A stretch of 64,000 nt of DNA from Owenia fusiformis (Eukaryota), in assembly GCA_903813345.2 (NCBI GenBank), contig CAIIXF020000001.1, positions 19,034,001 through 19,098,000 of the forward strand. The letters run 5' to 3'. Under the pieces are notes generated by a model that did not search any database, was not told the origin of the DNA, and saw nothing but the letters and a program-made list of their open reading frames with translations. The position numbers and the translations under genes are program-made. Below are positions 52,201 through 64,000 of the stretch, one piece after another (positions within the stretch are counted from its first letter, which is position 1; each line of letters opens with the position of its first letter).

Positions 52201-55200
52201 TGAGCACCCACTGTGTGACCTTATCTGGCACTTTATGTCAGTATATATTAGGGAAATCACATTTCGTCAGGTCCTTGAACATAAAAAACAAAGTTGACAT
52301 GATGTCAATCAAACATTGATGAGATAACACCATGATTTTGAACAAGGAAATTATCCTGTTGTTGACTCTGATTTATCAAAAATGCAATCAGTGTTAATGG
52401 TCAAGTAAAGATACCAATGTCTACCCAATCATGTAATTATCAACTCAATCGTTTCAATATGTGACACCATAGATTTTTTACAAATCATTTACAAATTAAA
52501 TGCATGCAGGTTAAGAAATCGACATGTGAGGTTTGATTGAAAATAGGAGAAATGGTGAATCTAGTGAGGCGGAAAAATTAATAATGCTATTTGATGGGTA
52601 TATACTTTGAACATATCCCTTGGTTTTTGACCTGACCCCTTACCTCATTTTTTATTGCATCTTCTAATTGTTGTTCTTTTCTAACAGAATACAAATGTAA
52701 AAACAAACAAGAAATAGTTTTTCAGAAGAGTTATTTCCAATTAACTTGTAGTTGTTATAACCTTCTATTCTGACAGTTCAGTTTTGGCAATAACTATGTT
52801 TCCCAAAGCTATACGATTATATACTAGCTAAAAAGACATATAAGAAATCTTGGCGCCAATAGAGGTAATTGATGAAGTCGCAAATTTTATCAATTTATAG
52901 TACACATATGCAAAGACTAGATAAAGCATACATGATGGAAAAAGTATGTTTGAATTCATTACAATTAATGAGATAATGTATCCTGTGACAAGGATATCAT
53001 AAACTTCATCCTAGATCATTTATCCATCATCCCCTAAAGGTAGATATACCCCACAAATAAAACATCGTCTTGGTTAAACTTTCAAACATGAAACCCAGAT
53101 GACAAAAGGATATCAGTATGAACCAATATAAAAACAAAGATTTAAAATCAACACCCTTAACTGCAAAAAAAATTCAAAAAGAGAAATCTTATTCAGATTA
53201 AAGAGAAGAGGAACGTGTAATCAATATGTTTGAGTGAAAATGAGGGCAAGGGTGGGAAATTCAGAAAGCATCCTGAAATCAATTTCTTTGTGAGAATCAA
53301 AGAGGCTTGCTGAAAAGCCTATCAATTAATCAATTTCTTAGGAGAAATTTTGACATTTCTGAATTGCGGGAGAGTAGGTATTTCTGTGTTAGATTTTAGT
53401 TTGGTATAGTGGGGCTTGTTTTCATTATGACTAACTGGTTTCTTTCTTGTATGTTTATTTTTGATAATGCGATTTACAATCCACTTTGATCTTTTCTTTT
53501 TTGTAACTTGTGCTTTTATACTTAAATAAATGACCTCCACATGATCAGGTATGTTATGATGGCAGTACATCTCCAAAAATATTATTCAAACATGACATCT
53601 CGAAGATTAATGCCTAAAATATATCAGGAAGACATATGACCTGCTTGTATGATGAGGATCATTTCAAGATTATTTCAACACGCAAACCATCTAGGTAATA
53701 TGATAGACGCATCTGCCTTTAATCATACCTCAACTAAAAGGAGTGAAAATCTCTCCAGTAATTAACTCAAATAGTCATTTCTCTTTACTAATAACCTGAA
53801 CATCTTTGATCTTTGGGGTGGCCATGTTATTCTGCCCTAGGAAGATTCAGAACATTTTACCACAGAAACACGTACAGAGAATCAGTTTGTTTAGACAGGT
53901 ATACAGTAGATGGATATTTCCGTTATGCAGTAGTCTTGCATCAAACCCCTGTTACCTCTTATGTTAACCCTAATGCAATAATGAGAGAACTGAAGTAGTT
54001 TTATGCAAGACTAGCTAAGCAGCCACAAAATTAATTTCACCTTCATAACATAAATTATTGATATCGGAATAAAAAACAGAAATCTGTTTAACATCAGCAG
54101 CTAGATTGAAATGTTGAAATGCCAAACCTGTTTATTTGTTTATTGAATGAGCTCTCATTTAATTATCTGAGATTTCTTAAGACAACTTGCTAAGAAGGAA
54201 TCAGAGGAAGAGTTCATAAGATCTGACCAATGTTTTGGTGAGACAGTTTCTAAATAGCGTCAGACTCTCAGTAAGGAATTAAGAAAGTTCTACTTTGATT
54301 AAATTAGCTCAGTAGGAGATGCAGAGCTACTACCAATTACTAAAAGCAACTGTTACCCTCTTCAAGAGCCCCACTTGGTCTATAGGGCTATACTCTTCTT
54401 TCATCAAGCCCATATCAAATCAGATTGTGTAGCTAGAAAATCATGACATTATTTTTTCTGGCTTTAAGTAGAGAGCACTCAAGAACATTAAAACAGTTAG
54501 CATACATAAATGCCATAATTGCTCCATTTAAGATTGTTAAGATCTTATCGAAAAATCATTTGTAAATTAGAGGATACATCATTTTTTCATCATGAGATTT
54601 AGGGTAAGCAACCTTGGGTTGAAGGCTTTAGATTGATATAGGTACTTGAATATAGACTCTTATAACATGAAGTCAGCTTAACCAAGGTAATGAGAAAAAA
54701 TATGTACTTTTTAATCTAAAGAGCAACAAATATTTAAATGGAGAATCAGAAATAGCAAGCAATTTTAGCAAAATTGTACCAATTTCAAGAATATCACTTC
54801 AAGACTTATATCACATAGAGGCCTATTAATATTGTAAAATAACCTCCCATAGTATACGACTCATAGACAGATAATCAAATCAAAACGATTCTTCATAATA
54901 CGATAACAGTAAACATCCTGGCTGTCAAAAGAGCTAGAAGTTTTCTAATCTAGATTGACAAAACTGTCTTAGAAAATGGCATGTCCCGATAACTCTTTCT
55001 ACATATAACTCACTGCACTAATCTCATATTCTGATATTCTGCCATGGATATTATTGATTTAACCATGGAAAGATTTGTAGAAGTGATATTTTCTGAAAAA
55101 ATCATTCAAGTTTGTATCTTTACCATATGAGAGATCTCTGTGGGATTTCTAACAATACAAGTGATCTCCCCAGCATTGAAGCAAGTATCCATTTGAGATT

Positions 55201-56726
55201 TTTAAAAAAATTGCACTTGCAAAAAATGGTCATCTTTGGTCAAAATTGTGAAAACTAGAATTTTATACCCATTTGAGGTGTAATTTCTATTTCTAGAGTA
55301 TTTCCTTCATTTTTCAGGGAAAAATATTCTCTAGGACTACTCATTTCAATCACTTCGCATTATTTGAATTTCAATCAAGAAAGGAAATTAAAATAGAGGT
55401 GCAATACTGTCCTCATCATATTAATATATTTTTCTTGCAATTTTCTCATCCATGTCTTATCATTCCATAATCTGCCCATAATTTGGAACCATTCAATCTA
55501 TTTTACTCATCACAATATACACAAGGAGTTAAATGAGAAAATCCTTGAAATGAAACATCAAAGTAAACCGCGATCAAAACAAAGAATTGACGAACAAGCA
55601 AACTGCTTGAGCAAATACCAAAAGTGAGGGTTAATTATGAGTTTAATGATTTGTGAATTTAGTTTGAGTAGGTTTTAGGGTCAAGCCTTTTGAAATAAAT
55701 TCAGTGAAAAAATCAGTGGAAGTATATGGACTGATTGCACGTAGGAGTGATTGCAACGCCATCCGTTGTCAAAACAAGAGATAACTTCTCAGTTAGATCC
55801 TTCATGTCTTTTGATTCAAAGACCACCAGTACTGAATAGTATAAAATTCCAATTCTCATGAAGTGTTTAATTTGCACTTTTTCAAGTCCCTATTGGCTAA
55901 CTGTACACATAGATTTCATGGCTATTAATGGGGGTTTGAATATAAATGAAAATTAACTCCTTTTAGTCACAAAAAGAAGTGTCATAGTTCTCTGACTGCA
56001 TATTCTAGATACACATGACTTCCAAAGTGTTATCTCAAATTTGGAGCATGAAGAAATTCCAGAATGTCTCATGGATATACAGACTTGAATACCAGAAGTC
56101 TGAAATGACATTTCTCTGTGCCATTGTATAGAATAAATGATATTAACTCCCAGTAAACACTTAATAAAAATTGTCTGGTCCATTCCAGATCCACTGGTGT
56201 CATTTTTCACAACGCCAACTTGAAATCTGGATTTCTTCAAGTTGTTCACTGTGAAACCTGGTTAACCGTATAACAAATATTATTTAAATATACAGTACAA
56301 TCTAAATCAAATACATGTACATGTATATGTATGTACATGTATATGAAATGTTGCCTAAAAAAATAAATACGAAATATTTTTGAAAATCATAACTTTGTTC
56401 CAATACTGATATGAACTACACACAACACACACACACATACAAACAAAGCTAAGCATTTATGGACATATCTGCCGAATACCTCCTACCCTATTATATTTCT
56501 AGGCAATTGTATATATTATATTTAGGCAAGCAGCAAGGTAACCTTTATTAGAAACATGGTAATTTATCTTTAAGTCACTATTACTGTGAATTATTCAGGA
56601 TCCAATTATTTTACCCTTGCAATGTACCAAAATGTATCATGGGATTCTTCCAGTAAACCCTTTGCTCAATGCTATAGACCCATTTCTCAGATGTATTCGG
56701 GCACACAGTTCATCTTTGAAACTCAC

Positions 56727-56870
56727 CATTTGGATGGTACTGCGGGTGTGATGGTTGCCCTCTCAAGGCGGGATGCATTCGAGGGTCGTAAAACCTCGGA
56801 TCCTGAGGGTGCATGAAACCCTGAGGCTGAGGGGGGTTATAGTGGATGTTACCATGGCTTCCTATTTGGC
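56727..56870 (-). CDS. dvl: Dishevelled, candidate cassette exon (144 nt, phase 1-1; P/Q/H/G/Y-rich)
   Basis: tttgtcag|GC CAA ATA...CCA AAT G|gtgagt; GC-rich island open in the Dvl frame. Confidence 0.72.
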
Positions 56871-59406
56871 CTGACAAATAAAGAACATAAACATGTCGCA
56901 AAATAAAATAACAAAAATCGTGCATTAAGCAAGACATCTGAGTACCAAGAAAACTTCGAATAATAATACTCTCATTAAAAAATTTAACGAAGGTTTCTTG
57001 GCATCTATCAAATGCATATAAGCAACCATGCAACACGTGTATTTCCACCATCAGTGAAGATCAACTCCCATAAGCATCAAACTTCCCATGATGCACTATG
57101 TCACAACAGAATGGAAGCTGAAAGAATGAAATAAGCAAAAGCATTAATTTCTGTCCGACCCTTCCTACTTTTGTCCAAGCATTAGATGAATAGCTCTGTT
57201 ATATATTCTGAATAAACAATTGAAAAAGATCTGCTCCAGGGAGCATATTAGTATTATTGCCCATTGTTGATCAAAGATGTTAAAAAGCAAGTCTGTTACA
57301 TGTTCACTGAATATTGAAGCTGGCTGTTTATTGAAGCATGACCATATTCAAGCCCCAACTAGTCATGCTTAAAATATATAGACTGTTGACACGCAATAAT
57401 ACGTTGATGAAATCTGAAATGTTCTTGCCCAATGTAAATCCATGCTTTCATGACATAGTAGAAACTTGAATGAGATAACCACATTATACTGGGTGTTGCC
57501 TAGCCATATAAATACCTTTCAAAAGAATGGCCTTCAGTATGACTCCCATAAATGTGATGGTATGTATGGTAGATTTCAAGTTTTTTATTCTGTTTCTCCA
57601 TGCATACTTCATGCCAATTCAAATTCAGCAAATTAAAAAATGACAAATTTTTGATTTCTAAAACCTTCAATTTGATTTTAGGTTTGACATACGAGGGTAG
57701 AAAACTTCAATCCCATATCAGTATCCCCATATATGGTCAAGCTCAATTCAGAAATTTCAATTCTAGGCAGTATAAATATATGTGGATACATATTTAAGCT
57801 GTACACCTTGCAAAAAAAGAATTCAAAGCATGATGCATGACATCTATTCGAACTTTTTGAAGATACCACAACAAGGCTGAAACAAATCCAATTATAAAAA
57901 AATACAATGATGATAAAATATTCAAACAAAAGTACCAAAAAGCATGAGCTTTGACTACATTTATTTCAACTACATCAAATATCTAAGAATGCAAGTCAGC
58001 TACAACAAAAGCATATCAGTATTGTACATCATTCTTAGGTCACAGTTGAGATAGAAATGAGTTGAAATTGATGAATAAATCAGTACTTTTGCAACTCGAA
58101 AACAGTCACTCCAGTTAAGTTGCAAATCCCAACGAACAATATATCATTACTCAAACATTAAAGTAGATTTATTAAAGCCTGCATAACATAAAGTCTTACA
58201 ATATTTCTATGAATAATAGTAGGCTCTCTCAAGAGGGGGAATAACACCAGGGTTCAGAGATGACAAACATCTATTATGTAAATCTGTATTGACATGACAT
58301 TGTCACTGATTGGTCAAATCGACAGACAAATGACGTCATTCAAAAATAGATTGGCTTTCCCCAAGTTGGTGATCATTATTGATATCCAAGGCACAATAAA
58401 ACAACATGATTTCATATTTGTAATGTACATGTACTACTTTAAGGCACACAGCGGCGTAACCAGGTTTTTGATAGCAGTTATGCAAGGCTGAAGACCGAGT
58501 AAAACTTTATTCTTTTTAACTTTGTTCATTGGGATTATAATAGGATAGATTGTAAAAATGAAATCTGTCTCCCAATCATGACCATCTGACAACAGAACCA
58601 TCTATTATTACCTTCAACAAATAAAAAATACATACAGGGGAATCTTTTTAGAAATATAGCTGAGCAGCAATACTTGTGCTGCCATCTTTCAATAGAAAGA
58701 AAACCAGAACAAATAACCACAATTTTTGTTTGGAAAAAGACAATCCTCAATGTTATAGACTAATAATAAGAAGGATCTCTACATTACAAAATGTACAACA
58801 AACACAAATTACACAAGAACTAAAAGAAATGATACACAGAATATGCTGTGTTAACTGTGTGAACTTTAAAATCTCCAAACAGCCCGTATTTGCCATAGAA
58901 CTGTGTTATTTTTGCTAAATCTGTATTGACGATCTATACACAGAGGTGAGATAAGTTTCCTGAAGATAAACATATATCTGCAATCAGGAAAATCAGTTCA
59001 GGTCTACTGCCTTGCATTGCTCAGCTAGAACAGTTAAAGAATCCAGTTCCTGAGATTTATCATGATGAGATGAGCCTATAAAAACAACTTCTTATACAGA
59101 TAAAACAAAGATGCAGAATGCATATGAGATCTTGGAGCTATTGTTCATAGGATCAAATCATAAGTTATACAAACGTCAAGGCTATTATGTAGAGCGGAGG
59201 TCCTTGATTTTTTCGTATATACTGTATGTTACCCTACACAGGGATTCTCTCCCTATTCTTATTCATGCACCAATGATCACAGCCACATCCTTACAACCCA
59301 TAGCACACATTCAGCTTGAATGCACACGAGTCCCAAAATGTACAGGTTCGACCAAAGGTCTGGTCTGTTTAGTGAATAACTTAACCTTGATTGAACCCTA
59401 ACTTAC

Positions 59407-59483
59407 CTCCTCTTCTTGAACTGATTAAGGAATCTGTCTCTGTACATGTATCACAGCTGTCTTGATCACCTCCTACATTGGCA
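59407..59483 (-). CDS. dvl: Dishevelled exon, DIX-PDZ linker
   Basis: ttccag|T GCC AAT GTA...AGA GGA G|gtaagt; (H)ANVGGDQDSCDTCTETDSLISSRRG, 77 nt, phase 2-1; completes RPPSFH and carries the TET.S motif. Confidence 0.9.
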
Positions 59484-62400
59484 CTGGAAATACAAATAAT
59501 ATACACAATAGAATCAACAAATTCAATACTCATTAAAAATGAAAGAAAAAGTCGAACATTTTCAAAATGTTATTGTTATTTCTCCATGACAACGAGAGGG
59601 GGAAACACAGTCACTCGCTACACAGTAATAGTTGGGCAATACTGAAACCCAGAATTAGCAATAGTTAAAATGTTGCTTATATACTCAAAATGCTTCAAAT
59701 ACAGAAGTTCTTGATACTCTATGATGTCATTCATTATCAACTATGTAAATAAATAATAAATAAAAAACTTGAATAGTATATGTTTTTCTCAAACAGAATA
59801 CTTGATTTCAGACTAGAACAAAGATGGAAAAATTCAGTTACAAAAAACATTATGGTATTTCAAATTCTGTATGGGTTTCCTATTCTAAGTACAGTACTAT
59901 TATCTTTACAAGAGGTTTGAAAGCACTGAATACCATATGCTTGCTAGGGATAGCGCATCAATGTTTTCTGATAAGTACTGTACAGCATTTACAGAATCAC
60001 ACCTGTGCTAAATGGAAAGCTGAACAACATTGTGCTGACATTCGTTTGAAATTCTTGGACTGATTTGATGTGTTTGTTATCAAATCTGTGTGGTATGGGG
60101 CATCTTAGGCATCTTACCCGATGAAGCTTCAGACCTCCTGACTGACCACCTCCTGTCTGACCATAGCAAAGTCTAGATAGATGAAGCAAATCTCAAATAC
60201 AAGTAATATCAAACAAAATGTTCACATCAATTTCTTTCACTGAATGTATCAAAGTATATATCAATTGCATGATATTAACATGCATAACATTTCACCATCT
60301 GCCATTTGTTACAGATGTCAAACTCCGAATGCCAAACACCTACTGTCAATTGTCAACCGTCAAACACTGTTCACAAATAACCTACATATTAATGTCTCTT
60401 TAGCTAAACATGGGCACGTGTACCTTGGTTACCATAGTGATATGGGGAGTCCGACACTTCCAGTAGCTCATGCCCTTCCCCTATGGAATTATAAAATCCA
60501 TAAGTATTTCTTCTTGCTAATACAAAACCTTTACTTTGATGTTAAAAGCATCTGGAGAATTTTGAATGTATTTAGATGGTTAATTTCTCATGTGTAATAA
60601 AACACATAAGGGCAGATACTCAGGAGTAGCTTGCTATTTGAAACCTAACAGAAGGCTACTAAGGAATGAAAGTAATTACTTAAATATGATGTAACACATC
60701 TATTTATAAGAGATAAACATCATGCATCATAGCTTCTTTACATAAAGATCCTCTTGTGTCAGCTCCTTGTGATAAGAAACATGTAGCTGCCTTCTGTAAT
60801 TATTGTAGCATTCTTATTTCACTGGTTCTAAACAAAAAGCCTTAATTGGTCAAAATGTCCAGTCAACATTTTCTAAATTTTAATTGGGCTCAAATTCAAC
60901 TGCATGCCATACTCAGATATGTGATATTAAGGCAATCACTGTACAAAAGGGGAATTCCTCTTCATCTCTCTAGACTTGCATTTGGACCAGGTGTTTCATC
61001 CATGCGCTTCGCTTTCTCAATATAGTCTTACATGGAAATAAATGAGAAGGGGGTTAGAGACTTGATCTATGACCAACAGAGGCTGAGAATGAAGAATCCA
61101 AGCCTAAACATAGAAATCTACCAATCTTCCTGCATACCCCTCCATAGCCAGCCATGGTGGCTTGTAAAGATTATACCCCTTTTGGCACATTATGATATAA
61201 ATTACCCACCTCAGTGGCCTTACAGTAACTTCTAAGGCACCTTGCACAGAAGAGCATAATTACACCCATTTTACATCAGCATGATTATGAAGTTAAAATG
61301 TCAGTTAAGTATTTGGGTGCTTGGATCTTTCAACTTAAAAGTATATTTGTTGCTTTTGGTCTCAATGTATTACATTGCTTGTGAATGCTTTTGAAGCCTT
61401 GTGTAGCTTATTTAAAGAATTTCTGTGGCATATTTGTAGTTGATAGAAGTGCTCCTTTATGATCATTAATAACAATATGTGATGAACATAACCTGGTGAA
61501 AATTCAATAGATCGTTCTGATAAATCCTGCCACCTTTACAGATATAGAGAGACTAAGATATATTGGTTTGCTTGTTAATATAATATACACTCGGAATTTG
61601 TTGAATTGTAAAGACCTGGAATGATAACATTGGCAGTTAGCAAAAATATAACATTTACTTAATTGAGAAAAATTTCTGAAGAGAACAATACAATGATAAA
61701 AAATACATTTCTAAACTTAGTTAAATTTCAATCAACTCTGACCCATGTATATCAAATATTCGACAAAAAGCCAGCAGATTTAGCTAACTGGATCCCATAA
61801 AATAACATCCATAAAGACCTTTCCCAATGCATGTTTATGTTTGGTTAAGCCATTGAAGGTACTGGGCAAGAATATTCTTAATCTCTAATCCTCCTCATAA
61901 TGTTTAGATTTATTTCCAGGTGTGCTATATAAAAACCTCATGTTGGCCAAGATGAAAGCGATAGAAGAAATCATTATTTGCACTCACATCAACCCAGTCT
62001 TAAGAAATCTGAACATAACAAGCAAGCCTTTCCATTTACGAAAATAATTATAAACGGTTTAAAATGGTCGATTATCATTTTCGGTTCTTTTGTTGAAACA
62101 TACCATTTTTAATAAACATAACAAATGATAGAAACCTAAAAAGATACGAGGAAAATATATATTCAGCATTATCACAACTAAGAGCTCTATTGTAAAGAGG
62201 GCCTGAAGACACTCTGCCACCATGCTGCAAACATGTTGGCCTCAAATGAATCAGACAACATGAAAAAACATGAGGAAGGATTGATCTGCTCAATCTAAAG
62301 TCACTCACTTTTTCAAGTAGATCAGAAACAAAGATGTACATACTTCAGAAAAGCACATATGCACTTTTTAAATGGGCAACTACAACTTTGAATGAGAAAA

Positions 62401-63001
62401 GATATTAAGATGGATTTTAAGAATTTCATTCGATTCTGAAGAAGAGACAACCTGCAGTTTTATTCTGATAAGTTGTTTCTGCTGGCACTAAAATACTGAG
62501 CAAGACAAATTATGGAATGAAGAATCGAGAGCCATATCATGTTTGGGGATGAAATAGAGATGCTGATTGTTCGTTGATGGAATCGATAGCAAGAAATGGT
62601 ATTCAATCAGACCTAATTGGTAATTATCCAGTATAAGTAAATCTCAATTTCTTTTTGTAAGCTCAATTTCCTCAAAGAGACCTACAAAACAGATATTTAA
62701 GAGATTCATTTCGCTGGCATCAGATATCATTTCTCTATTCCAAGCTCATCAGCTATTGCATCGTGATTTCTAATAATTACAGGTGACTTAAGCTTGCACC
62801 CACATGAAAATCCATTTGCACTCACTTGAAAATGAATGAAATCATGAAAAAAAAATTAAAAATGAGAATACTGCATAGTGCAAACCCTTGTAAAAGAATC
62901 CTGGCTGTATCAAAAAAAATCGTAGACACAAGCAAATATTTAGAAACTAATTTCTAGTCATGTTACTCCTGTTATCAATACTTCTTTAATGTAATACTTA
63001 C

Positions 63002-63141
63002 TGAAAGGAAGGGGGTCTACTGTCTCCAATGCCCCCCAGGCGTTCTGTTGGGGGTGGAGGCTGTGTAAGTGGGGCATCCCCGTGGTTGGAATCAGCACAT
63101 TGAGAACCATTGTCAGATGCACTGTTATCTGCAGCAACAAG
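63002..63141 (-). CDS. dvl: Dishevelled exon, end of DIX and start of linker (upstream DIX exons outside the window)
   Basis: LVAADNS...PPPPTERLGGIGDSRPPSF(H); ttccag| and |gtaagt, 140 nt, phase 0-2. Confidence 0.95.
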
Positions 63142-64000
63142 CTGGAAATACAGAAAAACACAATTTATTAGATTCCACATTCATTATTCTTAAGAGGGTG
63201 GTTTCCTAAAGCCCATGGATGACTGATTTTGGTTTCAGTTTTGATGCTGTAATTTGTTTATTAAATATACAATATTTTTTTGGTGATTTCACATCCATAT
63301 ATCGTTAATATCTTTATACCTCATTAATACATAAATAGAGAATTAGCAGTAGAGTTTAAATAATACACTGGTAGAACATATCAATATTTATTTAGTGTTA
63401 GTAGTGTTTATTTCCCTGGTTATTTTGAAACTATAAGAAGTGAAGTTTCTTTGATGTTCACTGTTTTTTCAATAGTCATGGCCCAAGGAAATAGTATTAT
63501 TGATTATCTCTGCAAATACCCACCCCTGTAACAGCAGGTAAGGCAGGATTGAATTCTATAGATTTTAGAGAAATGTATAAAGCATGCATACTATTACATA
63601 CTTTTCACATTTTAAAGACACTCACAATTCAATTCTACAGTGCTATTAACAATCTTCAAAACACTAAAATGTGAATAACTTGAAACCTATTACATGTATG
63701 ATAAATCTGAATACATCTCATGTTATTTGATTCTGAAGAAGTGTGAACAGAGATATAAATACTCTAGATTTTACATGGAGTGTTTTTCCACATTTTTTGT
63801 CATTTATTAATGTTTTGAAGCACCCCTTATCATTAGAGAGTGGAATGTTGTTCAATAAGAACTATTACTTTTAAAGCTTAACTTCCCCTTAAGCATACAG
63901 GTATTCTCCCAAGTTTATTTCATCATACTGTTATTATAGCCAAGCTACAAGCCCCCGTGACCCCCTCTCACTATTTGACTACACATCTTCTCACACAGGA

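Noticed and set aside
53322-53576. 84-aa Lys-rich minus-strand ORF in a dvl intron
   Set aside because: No in-phase acceptor or donor linking it to Dvl; composition is explained by A-rich sequence.
60118-60480. Two exon-like islands (60118-60172 and 60433-60480) with AG/GT ends
   Set aside because: Inserted between the phase-2 flanking exons they shift the frame or introduce stops; at most poison or UTR exons, unsupported without RNA data.
62075-62341. 88-aa ORF ending near a GTATGT donor
   Set aside because: The donor phase (1 or 0) does not match the next dvl exon (phase 2), and the peptide is not recognisable.

Overview
AT-rich, intron-rich animal (probably invertebrate) genomic DNA; no prokaryotic features are present. 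The right half (about 29.1-64 kb) holds most of a minus-strand dishevelled (Dvl/dsh) gene. I could thread it exon by exon, with canonical GT-AG sites and consistent phases, from the end of the DIX domain (63141) through the basic region, PDZ and DEP domains to the C-terminal ...[15 protein letters not shown] stop (36496); the upstream DIX exons lie beyond the window. The gene has several non-canonical modules: three frame-preserving phase-1/phase-1 candidate cassette exons, a candidate alternative first exon that would give a DIX-less Dvl with a basic amphipathic N-terminus, a duplicated in-frame 5' splice donor whose peptide copy differs only at synonymous sites, and a 6-aa PDZ insertion. The left third looks like the 5' end of a second, unidentified minus-strand gene: a first coding exon at 37-128, a promoter-motif cluster at about 20.9-24.1 kb and a roughly 21 kb first intron. 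That region is full of non-autonomous DNA transposons with readable TIRs and TSDs (TA, 5 bp, 8 bp, 9 bp), a tRNA-like SINE head and minisatellites. Splicing and isoform claims are predictions from sequence and need transcript data.
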